This document shows positions 8,115 through 16,370 of a stretch of 23,980 nt of DNA, piece by piece. Where the stretch lies: positions 1 to 23,980 of the forward strand of contig NZ_JAHDSX010000037.1 of NCBI RefSeq assembly GCF_020969955.1. Reading direction: 5' to 3'. This stretch comes from Allobaculum fili (GTDB lineage: Bacteria; Bacillota_I; Bacilli_A; Erysipelotrichales; Erysipelotrichaceae). The stretch's first letter is position 1. Each line of letters opens with the position of its first letter. The position numbers and the translations under genes were made by a program. Below the pieces are notes generated by a model. The model saw only the letters and a list, made by a program, of their open reading frames with translations. It ran no database searches and was not told where the DNA came from.

Positions 8115-8147
8115 CCCCATGTCCAGCAAGGCATGGGGTATTTTTTT
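8115..8147 (+). terminator. intrinsic terminator downstream of the BI-1 gene
   Basis: CCCCATG (8115-8121) pairs with CATGGGG (8132-8138), then TA and T7. Confidence 0.7.
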
Positions 8148-8248
8148 CGTTATTTGAACGGATCCAGAAGTGCGCAAATCGAATTGCATTGCCAGGAAAT
8201 TGGACCCGCATCCGAATGCGGCGCTGCTGGTCTGGAAAGTGGAGAAGA

Positions 8249-8614
8249 TCATTGTTCTGGCTGGCTTTTGTTCGGAGAGACCAGATTCCAGATGCCGAGT
8301 AAAAGAATGAGAATACAGGCAGCCTGTGAACAGGGAGAAATGGATTTCACTGTGGCTTGTAAGAGCAGAAGCCCGATTCCGGTAAGAAAATGCAGCCATT
8401 TAAAAACGCGGATCCATTTCCTAAGGCTATCAGCACGCCTGCGTATTACAGGAGAGAGCTGACGAATTGCGAATGTTGCGATGAAGAAAAAAATGGATAC
8501 AGCCATCATATAGTTCTTCCAGACTGCATAGGATAAAGCAAGTACGAACCAGACAACGATAAGAAGTATGAACTCAAGGGGATTGAATTCTCTCGCATTT
8601 TTCCTCATAAACAT
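8249..8614 (-). CDS. small hypothetical integral membrane protein
   Basis: 121 aa with 3-4 hydrophobic helices. GAGGG lies 8 nt upstream of the ATG. No family recognised. Confidence 0.55.
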   Translation of the reverse strand: MFMRKNAREFNPLEFILLIVVWFVLALSYAVWKNYMMAVSIFFFIATFAIRQLSPVIRRRADSLRKWIRVFKWLHFLTGIGLLLLQATVKSISPCSQAACILILLLGIWNLVSPNKSQPEQ

Positions 8615-9259
8615 ACCGATTGCCCTCGCTTTTTCTGTGGAAAATATCGAAACTGTCCGATTTTCCAGTTATCGATCCGGACCGTGTCTTTGATGCGGAA
8701 AAACGCTTCATTCCCTGCATGTCAGCAGCGGACAGGGATAACACGAAATTCAGTACAGGTACTGCATCTGCTGTTCCTGTATCTTCTTGCACCGGAGCTC
8801 TAAGGGAACGGTTAAGTCTATTGTATTTGCACATCTGAAACATCGAACGCTGAATATTGAAATGAACAATTGGATGTCTAAAAAAGTATATACAAGTATA
8901 TACAATATGAGATTCTTTCGACTTTAACGGCGCTGAAAGAAAGCCTGTGGCTCGGAACAGTCCAAAGGCCAAAACGGCTGGCTCATTCTTCCGGTACCTT
9001 TCAGGCTGTTGAAAAAGAAAAGCGCTCCCATTGAAAAAAGGTTTCGCTAAAGGTACATGTTCGCAATCTACGCAATGAAATCCATGAAAATATCCATAGA
9101 ATAAGGATTCGAATCGCGCTAACTTTAAAAGTCGCAGATTCTTGAAGAGCCTTTTCCTGGTTACACGTTTTTTCCCGAGGGAAAACGCCGAAGGAAAATA
9201 AATGGCTCACCGGATCTGGAAGCAGCCGTTCAATCCGGCTGTCTGGTTTGGAGGTTTTC

Positions 9260-10612
9260 ATGAATGGTGAACTTACGTGCGGGCCGCTGAAAAAAGCCCT
9301 GATTTTTTTCGCGCTTCCGCTGTTTCTTTCGCAGCTGTTTCAGACGCTGTATAACACGGCCGATACGGTCATTATCGGCTATACGCTGGGCAGTACATCG
9401 CTGGCCGCGGTCGGTTCGGTTGCTGCGCTGTTTGAATTGATTGTCGGGTTCTGTACCGGATTCAGTCAGGGCCTTGCCATTATTGGGGCACAGAAATTCG
9501 GAGCCGGCGATCTGAAGGGATTTCGTCGAGCTCTCGCTCTGTCGATTGTGCTCTCGATCCTGGTTTCCATGACGATTTCGATCCTCTTTCTGTTTGGGAT
9601 GGAGTCTGTCCTTCGTCTTTTACAGACGCCGCCTGAACTGTTTGATCAGGCCAGAAAGTACATTTCGGTAATCACTTTGGGACTGATCATCACGATGCTT
9701 TACAACCTGGCGGCTGCCTTTTGGCGGGCGGCAGGGGATTCGAAAACACCGTTAGTCATTTTGCTGATTTCCTCGGTCATCAATATCGCGCTCGATTTCC
9801 AGTTTATCGTCCAGTTTCATATGGGTGTCGCCGGTACAGCCTGGGCTACGCTTTGCGCCCAGCTGATTTCGCTCATTCTCTGCGTGATCTGGGTGATCTG
9901 GAAAAAGCCGGATCTGTCTGTGCATTTTTCGGATTTCCGCTTCCGCTCGTCCATGCTTTCCAATCTGCTGAAAATGGGCTTTTCCATGGCGCTCATGTCT
10001 TCGATTGTCTCCTGCGGTACGCTCATTTTGCAGACGGGAATCAACCCGATGGGTACGCAGATCATTGCCGGTCATACGGCCGCCCGAAAGCTGATTTCGA
10101 TTCTGAACCTGCCGGTTTCCTCTCTCATGATGGCTCTGTCCTCGTTTGCCGCGCAAAATGTCGGTGCCGGCGAGTACGAACGGGCGGAACAGGGAATCGC
10201 GTTTTCCAATCGACTCGGTCTGTACTACGGAATTACGCTTACCGTTCTGATCTTTCTGAGCTCCAGAACCCTGGTTCAGGCGATCAGCGGCAGTACGGAT
10301 CCGGCCGTTCTCGATATTGGCAGCCTGTATCTCAATACCAATATTCCGTTTTTCTTCATTCTTGCGATCCTGCTCAATTTGCGCACTTCGCTTCAAAGCA
10401 TGTCCATGACGCTGATTCCGATTCTTTCTTCGGTCATCGAACTGGCGGGGAAAATGCTCTTCACCTTCCTGGTCGTTCCGTTTACGGGCTACTACGGAAT
10501 CTGCGCGGTGGAACCGTTTGTCTGGACGGTCATGGCTTTGTTTCTGAGCTATTTCTATTTACGAAACAGACTGTTCAAATCGCATGGCATTACGGCTCAT
10601 ATTTATCGATAA
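9260..10612 (+). CDS. MATE family efflux transporter
   Basis: 12-TM profile. N-terminal LFLSQLFQTLYNTADTVIIG is typical of MATE/NorM-like proteins. ATG 9260 lies 5 nt after GGAGG (9250-9254); the track start at 9248 is a TTG. Confidence 0.9.
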   Translation: MNGELTCGPLKKALIFFALPLFLSQLFQTLYNTADTVIIGYTLGSTSLAAVGSVAALFELIVGFCTGFSQGLAIIGAQKFGAGDLKGFRRALALSIVLSILVSMTISILFLFGMESVLRLLQTPPELFDQARKYISVITLGLIITMLYNLAAAFWRAAGDSKTPLVILLISSVINIALDFQFIVQFHMGVAGTAWATLCAQLISLILCVIWVIWKKPDLSVHFSDFRFRSSMLSNLLKMGFSMALMSSIVSCGTLILQTGINPMGTQIIAGHTAARKLISILNLPVSSLMMALSSFAAQNVGAGEYERAEQGIAFSNRLGLYYGITLTVLIFLSSRTLVQAISGSTDPAVLDIGSLYLNTNIPFFFILAILLNLRTSLQSMSMTLIPILSSVIELAGKMLFTFLVVPFTGYYGICAVEPFVWTVMALFLSYFYLRNRLFKSHGITAHIYR

Positions 10613-10680
10613 ATCCAAAATCTGTCCGGCGCGTTCAGCCGGTCAGACCAAACCGGAGGGGCTTTTGACCCCGGTATAAT

Positions 10681-10713
10681 AAAGCTGATCTCTGACCGAT
10701 CAGCTTTTCTTTC
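10681..10713 (+). terminator. intrinsic terminator of the MATE gene
   Basis: AAAGCTGATC (10681-10690) pairs with GATCAGCTTT (10698-10707), followed by a T-rich tract. Confidence 0.8.
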
Positions 10714-10829
10714 GCTTTCAAAAACAATTCGAGACAAAACGGAACGAAAGCGATCAGGCAGAGTGTCCTGTATGATGGAACAGGTTCAATAAAAAGAAAT
10801 TAGAAAAGGACTTTTTAAAAGGAGCTATT

Positions 10830-11411
10830 ATGAAAATACTCAAATCATTTGTTTTAAGTTTTGCATGCCTGTGCATGGGCCTTGGCTTTGCGGGCTGCAC
10901 GTCCTCGAATAACAGCGGCAGCGCTTCGGATTCGCAGAGCGTTTCCTATGCGGATGCGCAGGAAGTAATGGAAGCTGCGTGGAATGCGCAGGAAGAAGAA
11001 ACCAAGCCGTCCGTCTTTGGCGGCTATGGCGAAGAGGTAACGGAAGGCATGCCGATGGCCATTTCTCTGGATGAACCGGACAGTCTGGCAGTCGCCTTCA
11101 ACGTTCCGGCCACTTTGGTTGAACAGTCGCAAGACGCTTCGGCGATGATGAATTCCATGATGGCCAACGCCTTCACTGCATCCTGCTGGCAGCTGAAAAA
11201 AGAAGCTTCCATGGAAGAGCTGCGTGATCAGGTGCAGACCACGTTGCTCGATACGCAGTGGATGTGTACGTTCCCGGAAGAATACGCGATTGTGACGAAG
11301 GGACAGTTCCTTGTGGTCGTCTACGGCTACACCGATCAGGTCGATCCGTTTGTTCAGGCGCTTCGCTCCGTTTTGCCGGATGCGATGATCACCAAAGCCA
11401 ATTTTGAGTAA
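10830..11411 (+). CDS. hypothetical lipoprotein (possibly DUF4358-like)
   Basis: Signal peptide with GFAGC lipobox and a Ser-rich linker. AAGGAG RBS. Sits directly upstream of the MBOAT/DHHW pair. The family assignment is from memory only. Confidence 0.7.
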   Translation: MKILKSFVLSFACLCMGLGFAGCTSSNNSGSASDSQSVSYADAQEVMEAAWNAQEEETKPSVFGGYGEEVTEGMPMAISLDEPDSLAVAFNVPATLVEQSQDASAMMNSMMANAFTASCWQLKKEASMEELRDQVQTTLLDTQWMCTFPEEYAIVTKGQFLVVVYGYTDQVDPFVQALRSVLPDAMITKANFE

Positions 11412-11679
11412 TCCGGATTTTTGCAGTGCAATTTTCGAAAGAAGCGTAACGATTCCAGAACAGGAATAGAAAGCCTGCACTTGCTGAAAAGGAAAAGAGA
11501 TGTACCGACCGTCTGGGCCCTGGCTTGAACGGCCGGCTTTCGTATACAAACCTTGCGGGCGGATCAAAGGATCGAGCTGAAGGCTTCGATTCGGATCCCC
11601 TCACTAACAGATCGCATGGACTGGATTTCTGCAGCAGAGTTTGCAGGATCCAATTCGTCCGTCAGGAAAGGAGAGCGGC

Positions 11680-13062
11680 ATGCTGTTCAGTTCAATTTTG
11701 TTTCTTGTCTGGTTTTTGCCGCTGACCTTTCTGGTCTATTTTTGCGTGCCTAAGGCTTTCCGCAATTTTGTTCTGCTTGCGGCAAGCCTTATTTTTTACG
11801 GCTGGTCTTCTCCCTGGTGGCTGCTTTTAATTGGAGCGGACTGTCTGATCGGCTATGCGTGCGGCCGGTTTATGGAAAACGGGTCTCCATCCGTTCGCCG
11901 GGCGGCTTTGATTGTCGGAATTGTTCTTTCCGGAGCGCTTCTGTTCTGGTTTAAGTACGCGATGTTCTTTTCCCGGCAGCTTTCCGCGCTGACTGGTCTG
12001 GATCTGGTCTTAAAGGGAATCGCGCTGCCGGCTGGAATCAGTTTTTATACCTTCCAGGTGATTTCCTATCTGGCGGATGTCTACACCCATAAAGCCCCCG
12101 CCCAGCATTCCTTTTTGCGCTTTGCATTATACGTCTGCATGTTCTTTCAGCTGATTGCCGGTCCGATCGTTCGCTACAGCCAGATCGAAGGCGAGCTGGA
12201 AACTCGAAGAATAGATGCAAAAAAACAGTCGGATGGGGCCCGGCGCTTTGTCTGCGGCCTTTCGAAAAAAGTGCTGATCGCCAATCCGCTCTCAGCACTC
12301 AATCAGTTTATTGTCACACAGGCCGAACCAGCCATCGCCTTGTTCTGGCTGAACGCGTTCGCTGTCTCGCTGCTGATTTATTACGATTTTTCCGGCTACA
12401 GCGACATGGCGATCGGTCTGGGGGCCATGATGGGGTTTCATCTGCCTGAAAACTTTCGCTATCCGTTTCAGGCCGGTACCATTTCTGAATTCTGGCGCCG
12501 CTGGCATATGTCTCTGACGGCCTGGTTTCGCGATTATGTGTACATTCCGCTGGGCGGAATCCGAAAGGGGAAGGGCAGACAGTTTTTCAATTTGTTTGTC
12601 GTCTGGATGTTTACCGGTCTCTGGCACGGAGCGGCCTGGAACTTCATTTTGTGGGGACTGTTTTTCTGGGTGTGGATCAGTCTGGAAAAGTTCCTGCTGC
12701 CCGAATCCGTATTGCACACCTGGTCTTACGGGCTGCTTTGCCGCTTGGGAATTCTGATTTCGTTTTTGCTCTTTTATGCGCCGACGCTTTTTGATTTTGC
12801 TTCGCAGATCCAGGCGATGTTTGGCGCTGGCGGCCTTCCAGTATGGACCGCGCAGACCGGCTATGTTTTTCAAAACGCGTGTTTACTGATGGCGGCGGCG
12901 CTGATCGGTGCCACGTCTTTGCCGCATCGGCTTTTTGTAAAGTACCAGCCGTACCGTATCGTGCAGATTCTCTGCTGGTGTGCGGTCGCTTTCGGACTGA
13001 TCTTCTGTCTGGCTTCGCTTTCTGCCGGCACATGGAATCCGTTCCTGTATTTTCAGTTCTAG
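11680..13062 (+). CDS. MBOAT family O-acyltransferase (AlgI/DltB-like)
   Basis: Starts MLFSSILFLVWFLP, the typical AlgI/DltB N-terminus. Conserved FWRRWHMSL and YIPLGG motifs including the catalytic His. AAGGAG RBS before ATG 11680. Confidence 0.9.
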   Translation: MLFSSILFLVWFLPLTFLVYFCVPKAFRNFVLLAASLIFYGWSSPWWLLLIGADCLIGYACGRFMENGSPSVRRAALIVGIVLSGALLFWFKYAMFFSRQLSALTGLDLVLKGIALPAGISFYTFQVISYLADVYTHKAPAQHSFLRFALYVCMFFQLIAGPIVRYSQIEGELETRRIDAKKQSDGARRFVCGLSKKVLIANPLSALNQFIVTQAEPAIALFWLNAFAVSLLIYYDFSGYSDMAIGLGAMMGFHLPENFRYPFQAGTISEFWRRWHMSLTAWFRDYVYIPLGGIRKGKGRQFFNLFVVWMFTGLWHGAAWNFILWGLFFWVWISLEKFLLPESVLHTWSYGLLCRLGILISFLLFYAPTLFDFASQIQAMFGAGGLPVWTAQTGYVFQNACLLMAAALIGATSLPHRLFVKYQPYRIVQILCWCAVAFGLIFCLASLSAGTWNPFLYFQF

Positions 13063-13185
13063 AATTTTCCATTTCAGAATTTTCTGTTGGGAAAGGGAAG
13101 ATGGCATGCGACATTCCATCTGGATCTGGGTTATGAGAAGGGGTGCGCCAGCTGCTCACTGAAAAACAGGATGGAGATGGATTGT

Positions 13186-13222
13186 CGTCCGCAAAACGGT
13201 TCTGGCGGACGGTTTGTTTCAT
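13186..13222 (+). terminator. hairpin plus T-rich tract between the MBOAT and DHHW genes (possible attenuator or partial terminator)
   Basis: CGTCCGC (13186-13192) pairs with GCGGACG (13205-13211), followed by GTTTGTTTCATATTGTGTTTTT. Confidence 0.4.
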
Positions 13223-13270
13223 ATTGTGTTTTTATAGGGCTGTAATTAGTCCGGGAAAGGAGAGCTGTCT

Positions 13271-14419
13271 ATGAAGTTTTCGAGAAATGAAAAATCGAAT
13301 CCAGAGAAAAATCGGAAACGGTCGGTTCATCCCGGCATGCCGATTGTGCTTGGCATTCTTTCCTTTTTCTGTATCGCTTCACTGATCGGTGATACTGGCT
13401 TTGCGCAGACGTACTCGCCGACGGAACGGCGAAAACTTGCTTCCTTGCCAAAAATGGATGTTGAGAACGTTCTGGATGGCAGCGGGGGCAATGCGCTCGA
13501 ACGTTATACAACCGATCACGTGTTTGGACGGGAAGAACTGCTGCGAGTGAACGCTTGGATGGCCAGCGGTCTTTACGGATCGAAAGAGCAGAACGGCCTG
13601 ATTGCCAAAGAGGGAAAGATTCTTTCCGTTCAGCGAAAAATCGATAAAAAATCGCTGGATCATGCCAGAGATGTTTTCTCTTCGATTTACGAAACCGATC
13701 TGAAAGATACTCAGTGCGCTCTGTACGATTCGATCGTTCCGGACAAGTCATACTTTTTGAAAACAGGGGAGTATCTGAATATGGACTACGAAGCGTACCT
13801 GGCCCAGGCACAGTCCGTGTTCTCTTTCGCCAGCGAGATCCCGATCGCTTCAACGCTTTCTCTGGACGATTACTACGCCACCGACCCGCACTGGAGACAG
13901 GAAGCCATTCTGGAACAGGCCAGAACGATCGCTACGGCTATGGGCGTAAAACTGGCGGAGGATTTTACAGAAGAGACCATTCGTGAAAATTTCACCGCGC
14001 AGCAGGGCCTCCAGAGTGTATGGCCGCACAAGGGGGATACGCTGAAGGTTTTAAAGTCGCCTTCGATGAGCGGCTGGACAATCTGGCGCTATGGTGAAAA
14101 AGGAAAGCGGCAGGGGACTTTGTACGATCGGACAAAAGCAGAAGGCGAAGATCCGTATTCCGTATTTCTTTCCGGATCGGCGGGAATGATCGAGATTGAA
14201 AATCCGGATGGCCCGAAGGATCGGCAGCTGGTTCTGTTTGCGGATTCGTACGGCAGCTCCATGGCACCGCTGCTGGCTACCGGCTACAGTCGGACGACAA
14301 TTATCGATTTGCGCAACCTGCCCTCGTTCCGTCTGAAGTCTATGATCGATTTTTCCAGACAGGATGTGCTGTTTCTGTATTCCACGTCCGTTCTGAACGC
14401 TTCCTACAATCTGAAATAA
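13271..14419 (+). CDS. DHHW family / AlgJ-AlgX-like SGNH-type protein, partner of the MBOAT
   Basis: N-terminal signal anchor. TDPHW motif, equivalent to the D-x-H-W signature of AlgJ/AlgX/DHHW proteins. Conserved position directly downstream of an MBOAT gene. AAGGAG RBS. Confidence 0.8.
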   Translation: MKFSRNEKSNPEKNRKRSVHPGMPIVLGILSFFCIASLIGDTGFAQTYSPTERRKLASLPKMDVENVLDGSGGNALERYTTDHVFGREELLRVNAWMASGLYGSKEQNGLIAKEGKILSVQRKIDKKSLDHARDVFSSIYETDLKDTQCALYDSIVPDKSYFLKTGEYLNMDYEAYLAQAQSVFSFASEIPIASTLSLDDYYATDPHWRQEAILEQARTIATAMGVKLAEDFTEETIRENFTAQQGLQSVWPHKGDTLKVLKSPSMSGWTIWRYGEKGKRQGTLYDRTKAEGEDPYSVFLSGSAGMIEIENPDGPKDRQLVLFADSYGSSMAPLLATGYSRTTIIDLRNLPSFRLKSMIDFSRQDVLFLYSTSVLNASYNLK

Positions 14420-14460
14420 GGACCGATCCGATTCTGAAAGGTTCGAACACTGACTTTGCC

Positions 14461-16071
14461 TCAGACAAAAAGAAAACGGATCGCTGCTGGAGGCTGACTG
14501 TAAAGCGATCCGTAAAGAGGCAAGAATACAAAAAGACCTTCCTGATTCAGGAAGGCCGATTTGTTGTATATGAAATGGTGGGGGCACTGCGACATAAACT
14601 GAACCGTTCTGGCTGGCTCGTCGGAGAGTCTGTATGAAATTCGGATATAGCCGCCATTTCCATCATTTTCATCGTCGAACACTTCAACCCGTTCAACAAA
14701 CGCATCGAGAAGAACTTTCTGGAAGTCGACTGGTTCAAGAGCACCGCGCATTTTCTCAAGATAGTAGACAACTTTTTCGTAAGAAATAGCGTAGCTGCTC
14801 GCCTCGATCTGAGACAGATAGTTTTGAAGATTTGCTTTTTCCTCTTCTGCTTCTTTCAGCCTGGAGACAATCGCATCAGACATTAACCCATTCGCGATTG
14901 CATCGACCAGATTGTTAATCTTTCTGTCAGACTCCTGAATCTGCTTTTTAGCGTGCTCAGTTGCCGCATGAATATCTGACTTTTCGTATTCACTGACCAC
15001 GAATCGAGCAATTTTATCAATGTACTCATCAGTCAGCATGCTGACTGCATCGTTGATAACCAGTTCTTCCAGCAGCTCTTTTCTCTCGTTTTTCTTATCG
15101 CAGTTATGAAGCTGTTTCTTACCATTGCATGAATAGTAGCGGTAGACCTTACCTCTGCGGCTTGTTCCGCTGTCTGGAGTCATTGCATAGCCGCAATGAC
15201 CGCAGAACACTTTTCCTTTCAGTAAAAACTCAGGTGCATCTTTCTTTGGACGTTTTCTCATAGTGGATTGATTCATCTTCAGTTTCTCCTGTACTGCCTG
15301 CCATGTCTCCATATCAACGATCGGTTCAATCGCATCCGGATCGAAGATCTCTTTGTGTTCATAGATACCGCAGTACTTCTTGTTTTTCAGGATCCGGCTT
15401 ACGGATCCGGCCCTGAACGGCTTACCGCCGATGTTGCGAATTCCGCGATTATTGAGCTTAGTGGCGATTTCCCGTAAAGTCATTCCTCTCAGATAATCGG
15501 AATACATCTCCTCGATGATGTGACGCGTGTCTGGATCGGGAACGTATTTCTTGTTTTCAATCTTAATCCCCAGAGGAACCGCACCGCCTAGACACTGTCG
15601 TTTACGGGCTGATTCATCCATGCCGCGCTGTACTTTCTGAGACAGCTCGCGGCTGTAATACTCGGCCATTCCTTCGAGCAGAGATTCCATGATGATGGAT
15701 TCAGGGTTATCTGAAATAGCTTCAGTGGCAGACAGTACCCTGATACCGTGCTTTTTCAGCTTGGCTTTGTAGTTTGCAAAATCGTATCGATCACGGGCGA
15801 ACCGATCCAGCTTGTAGACGATAACCGCCTGAAAAGATTCCCGATCAGCGTCAGCAACCATCTGCAGAAAGTTCTTCCGCTTCTGGGTGTCATGACTGGC
15901 GCTGGCGGCTCGATCTACATACTCATCTACAATGAGAATGCCGTTCCGCTCTGCAAAAGCCTGACAGACAGTTCTCTGTCCCTCGATGCTTTGCTCAGTC
16001 TGGTTGTTCGATGAATATCGAAGATACAGGACTGCGTTCATTTTGGTTGATATAATAATCACGCCTTTCAT
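14461..16071 (-). CDS. large serine recombinase (phage integrase)
   Basis: AVLYLRYSSNNQTEQSIEGQ is the catalytic Ser motif of the resolvase domain. A recombinase domain follows, then a zinc ribbon CGHCGYAM...YYSCNGKKQLHNC and a coiled-coil. The start is ambiguous: ATG 16071 (GGTGAG 7 nt upstream), ATG 16041, or TTG 16098. Confidence 0.9.
   Translation of the reverse strand: MKGVIIISTKMNAVLYLRYSSNNQTEQSIEGQRTVCQAFAERNGILIVDEYVDRAASASHDTQKRKNFLQMVADADRESFQAVIVYKLDRFARDRYDFANYKAKLKKHGIRVLSATEAISDNPESIIMESLLEGMAEYYSRELSQKVQRGMDESARKRQCLGGAVPLGIKIENKKYVPDPDTRHIIEEMYSDYLRGMTLREIATKLNNRGIRNIGGKPFRAGSVSRILKNKKYCGIYEHKEIFDPDAIEPIVDMETWQAVQEKLKMNQSTMRKRPKKDAPEFLLKGKVFCGHCGYAMTPDSGTSRRGKVYRYYSCNGKKQLHNCDKKNERKELLEELVINDAVSMLTDEYIDKIARFVVSEYEKSDIHAATEHAKKQIQESDRKINNLVDAIANGLMSDAIVSRLKEAEEEKANLQNYLSQIEASSYAISYEKVVYYLEKMRGALEPVDFQKVLLDAFVERVEVFDDENDGNGGYIRISYRLSDEPARTVQFMSQCPHHFIYNKSAFLNQEGLFVFLPLYGSLYSQPPAAIRFLFV
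14464..14513 (-). terminator. intrinsic terminator-like hairpin on the minus strand, inside the 3' end of the integrase ORF
   Basis: ACGGATCGCT (14476-14485) pairs with AGCGATCCGT (14504-14513). On the minus strand it is followed by TTTCTTTTTGT. The integrase stop codon (14461-14463) lies after it. Confidence 0.55.
14527..14555 (-). terminator. intrinsic terminator-like hairpin on the minus strand, inside the integrase ORF
   Basis: CCTTCCTGA (14537-14545) pairs with TCAGGAAGG (14547-14555). On the minus strand it is followed by TCTTTTTGT. Confidence 0.55.
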
Positions 16072-16076
16072 TAGGT

Positions 16077-16119
16077 AGCTCACCGTCGTCACGTGCAATA
16101 GCGCTGGTGAGCTTTTTTC
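16077..16119 (+). terminator. plus-strand terminator-like hairpin antisense to the integrase 5' end. On the minus strand it is an SD-occluding hairpin in the int leader.
   Basis: AGCTCACC (16077-16084) pairs with GGTGAGCT (16106-16113) across a 21-nt loop, followed by TTTTTT on the plus strand. Confidence 0.45.
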
Positions 16120-16194
16120 TACACTCTATATTATATGTAAATTTTTGTTACATTCTACTGTTTGATTCTATGCGCTAAGTGTTACAATACGCAT

Positions 16195-16350
16195 ATGAAA
16201 GATAATGATGCTCAAAAATTGCGCGAGAAATTAGTCATCAAAGTAATAATGTGTTTAAAAGATTTATCAGTTGAGCAGCTGAAAAAGGTTATTGAATATA
16301 TTGATTGGTTTCGAGTTCAAAACTACGCAAAAGAAAAGGAGGAAGCTTAG
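16195..16350 (+). CDS. small AT-rich hypothetical ORF between integrase and repressor (51 aa, possibly leaderless)
   Basis: MKDNDAQKLREKL...AKEKEEA. No SD. ATG 16195 lies 7 nt after an extended -10 (TGT-TACAAT, 16180-16188). Ends inside the palindromic terminator. Coding status uncertain. Confidence 0.4.
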   Translation: MKDNDAQKLREKLVIKVIMCLKDLSVEQLKKVIEYIDWFRVQNYAKEKEEA

Positions 16351-16370
16351 GCTTCCTCTTTTTCTTTTAC
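16327..16370. terminator. bidirectional terminator formed by a 20-bp-arm palindrome shared by two convergent genes
   Basis: GCAAAAGAAAAGGAGGAAGC (16327-16346), ttag, GCTTCCTCTTTTTCTTTTAC (16351-16370), with 2 mismatches. The GAGGAAGC/GCTTCCTC core is flanked by an A-rich tract on one side and a T-rich tract on the other. Confidence 0.75.

Noticed and set aside
9721-10668. 315-aa plus-strand and 214-aa minus-strand ORFs overlapping the MATE gene
   Set aside because: They are alternative-frame or antisense shadows, Arg/Gly/Ser-rich. The MATE frame shows the 12-TM pattern and family motifs.
10854-14587. Long antisense ORFs opposite the lipoprotein, MBOAT and DHHW genes (10854-11567, 12292-12873, 12677-13222, 13269-13853, 14051-14587)
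   Set aside because: All are Arg/Ser/Pro-rich shadow frames without RBSs, and the sense-strand genes have clear family signatures.
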